DNA of 64,000 bases from an uncultured delta proteobacterium (GTDB taxonomy: Bacteria > Myxococcota > Myxococcia > Myxococcales > Anaeromyxobacteraceae), in contig CAWFDF010000012.1 of assembly GCA_963814585.1 (NCBI GenBank), positions 416,001 to 480,000 of the forward strand, written 5' to 3'. Below the pieces are notes generated by a model, which ran no database searches, was not told the DNA's origin, and worked only from the letters and a program-made list of their open reading frames with translations. Made by a program: the position numbers and the translations under genes. Positions 62,901 through 64,000 of this stretch are shown here, piece by piece (position 1 is the first letter of the stretch; the number at the start of each line of letters is the position of its first letter).

Positions 62901-63783
62901 AGCGCTTCACCTGGGCCCACTCGAAGAGCAGGTCGGCGACCACGGCCAGGTCGCGGTCGCCGCGGCCGCTGGCCACCACGTCCGACAGCAGCTGCCGCGC
63001 CGCGGCGTTGACCGGGAGCTTGGCCCCCTGCTCGGCGGCCGCCTCCTGGACCAGCCGCTGGTCCTTCTCCACCAGCCGGGCAGCCACCCGCGGAGCGTAG
63101 TCGCCGGCCAGCATCTGCTCGCCCTTCATCAGGTGGAACGGCGAGTGGAAGCCGGAGGCCTGCAGCACCTCCAGCACCTTGGCCGGGTCGAGGCCGCCGG
63201 AGGCCCCCAGGGCCATGGCCTCGGCCAGCCCGGTGGCCATGGCCGCCCCGACCGAGGCGATGCAGAGCTTGGCCAGCGAGGCGTGGACCGCCGAGTCGAG
63301 CTCGAAGAGCCGGGCGCCGATGGCGTGGAGCGCCGGGCGCACCTTGGCGAGCGCCTCGGCCGGGCCGCCGGCCACCACCACCAGCTGGGCCTTCTCCGCG
63401 GCGACGCGGGAGCCGAGCAGCGGGGCGGCCACGAGCTGCCCCCCGTGCTTCGCCACCCGCTCGGCCAGGGCCCGGGTGGCGCGGGTGCCGGAGGTGCCCA
63501 GGTCCACCAGCACCGCGCCCTTCCCCAGGCCGGCGAGGACCCCGTCTGGGCCCTCCAGCACCGCCTCGTTGGCCGACGCGTCGGTGAGGCAGAGGAAGAC
63601 CAGCTCCCGCCCGGCGGCGCAGGCGCGCGGCGTGTCGGCCCGGCTCGCCCCCTTCTTCACCAGCGTGTCGGCGGCGGTCGGGGTCCTGCTCCAGACCGTC
63701 AGCTCGTGTCCTGCCTTGCGGAGGTTGTTGGCGACGGGCCCACCCATGGTACCGAGCCCGATGAAGCCGAGGCGGAGGCGCAT
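62899..63783 (-). CDS. NAD(P)-dependent oxidoreductase, 3-hydroxyisobutyrate dehydrogenase family
   Basis: LGFIGLGTMGGPVANNL, WSRT, APLLGS, AKL, AEAMALG, KD. Confidence 0.9.
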   Translation of the reverse strand: MRLRLGFIGLGTMGGPVANNLRKAGHELTVWSRTPTAADTLVKKGASRADTPRACAAGRELVFLCLTDASANEAVLEGPDGVLAGLGKGAVLVDLGTSGTRATRALAERVAKHGGQLVAAPLLGSRVAAEKAQLVVVAGGPAEALAKVRPALHAIGARLFELDSAVHASLAKLCIASVGAAMATGLAEAMALGASGGLDPAKVLEVLQASGFHSPFHLMKGEQMLAGDYAPRVAARLVEKDQRLVQEAAAEQGAKLPVNAAARQLLSDVVASGRGDRDLAVVADLLFEWAQVKR

Positions 63784-64000
63784 GGGCCATCCTTTGCCAA
63801 GGTGGAGGTGGGCGGCAAGGAGAAAGTCGACCGGCGGTGACGGCCCTGGCGAAGGCCGGGGCCAGCATTCGACCGCGGGTCGACGCCGCACCGCGCCGTC
63901 CGACGCCAGCGAGGCGTTTGGTCGCAGGGGCCTCACCGCGCCCGGCGGCCACGCGCCGGGCTGGATCGCCGGCAGGATCGGTGCCACGATCCCGCGCCTC

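Noticed and set aside
63784..63987. N-terminal extension of the dehydrogenase
   Set aside because: The Rossmann motif begins right after ATG 63783; upstream sequence looks non-coding.

Overview
Very GC-rich chromosomal window from a Myxococcota bacterium, probably Anaeromyxobacter-like (mglBA, Glt-like TPR cluster, recA1-type recA, eukaryote-type citrate synthase). Left to right: partial Ser/Thr kinase, SAM methyltransferase, RNase P RNA, nth, ltaE; a ~2,830-aa repetitive surface lipoprotein (12 near-identical ~109-aa modules) overlapping an upstream Ig-like + C-terminal beta-barrel gene; M23 peptidase, beta-helix protein, pssA-pgpA-cinA, convergent with comM-recA behind a sigma54-like promoter. 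Then one long minus-strand run, in transcription order: tadA, 2x tRNA-Ser, ffs, dnaX, ybaB, recR, mglB, mglA, a Glt-like C/D/E/F/G cluster, an FG-GAP + 12x Ig-repeat protein, a small secreted protein, a Wzp-like beta-barrel and a short Wza. After it: a Cys-rich DNDCDG-repeat lipoprotein, radical SAM, DsbA-like, DUF4388, truD, GAF, DUF4398/OmpA pair, PspC, citrate synthase, small Zn-finger protein, DUF1054-like, a PafBC-like WYL pair and a 3-hydroxyisobutyrate dehydrogenase-family gene. Many single-base indels break otherwise intact genes (cinA, recA, comM, ybaB, wzp and others) and are most likely consensus errors. No CRISPR array, integrase or transposase was seen. All family calls come from reading motifs by eye; no searches were run.
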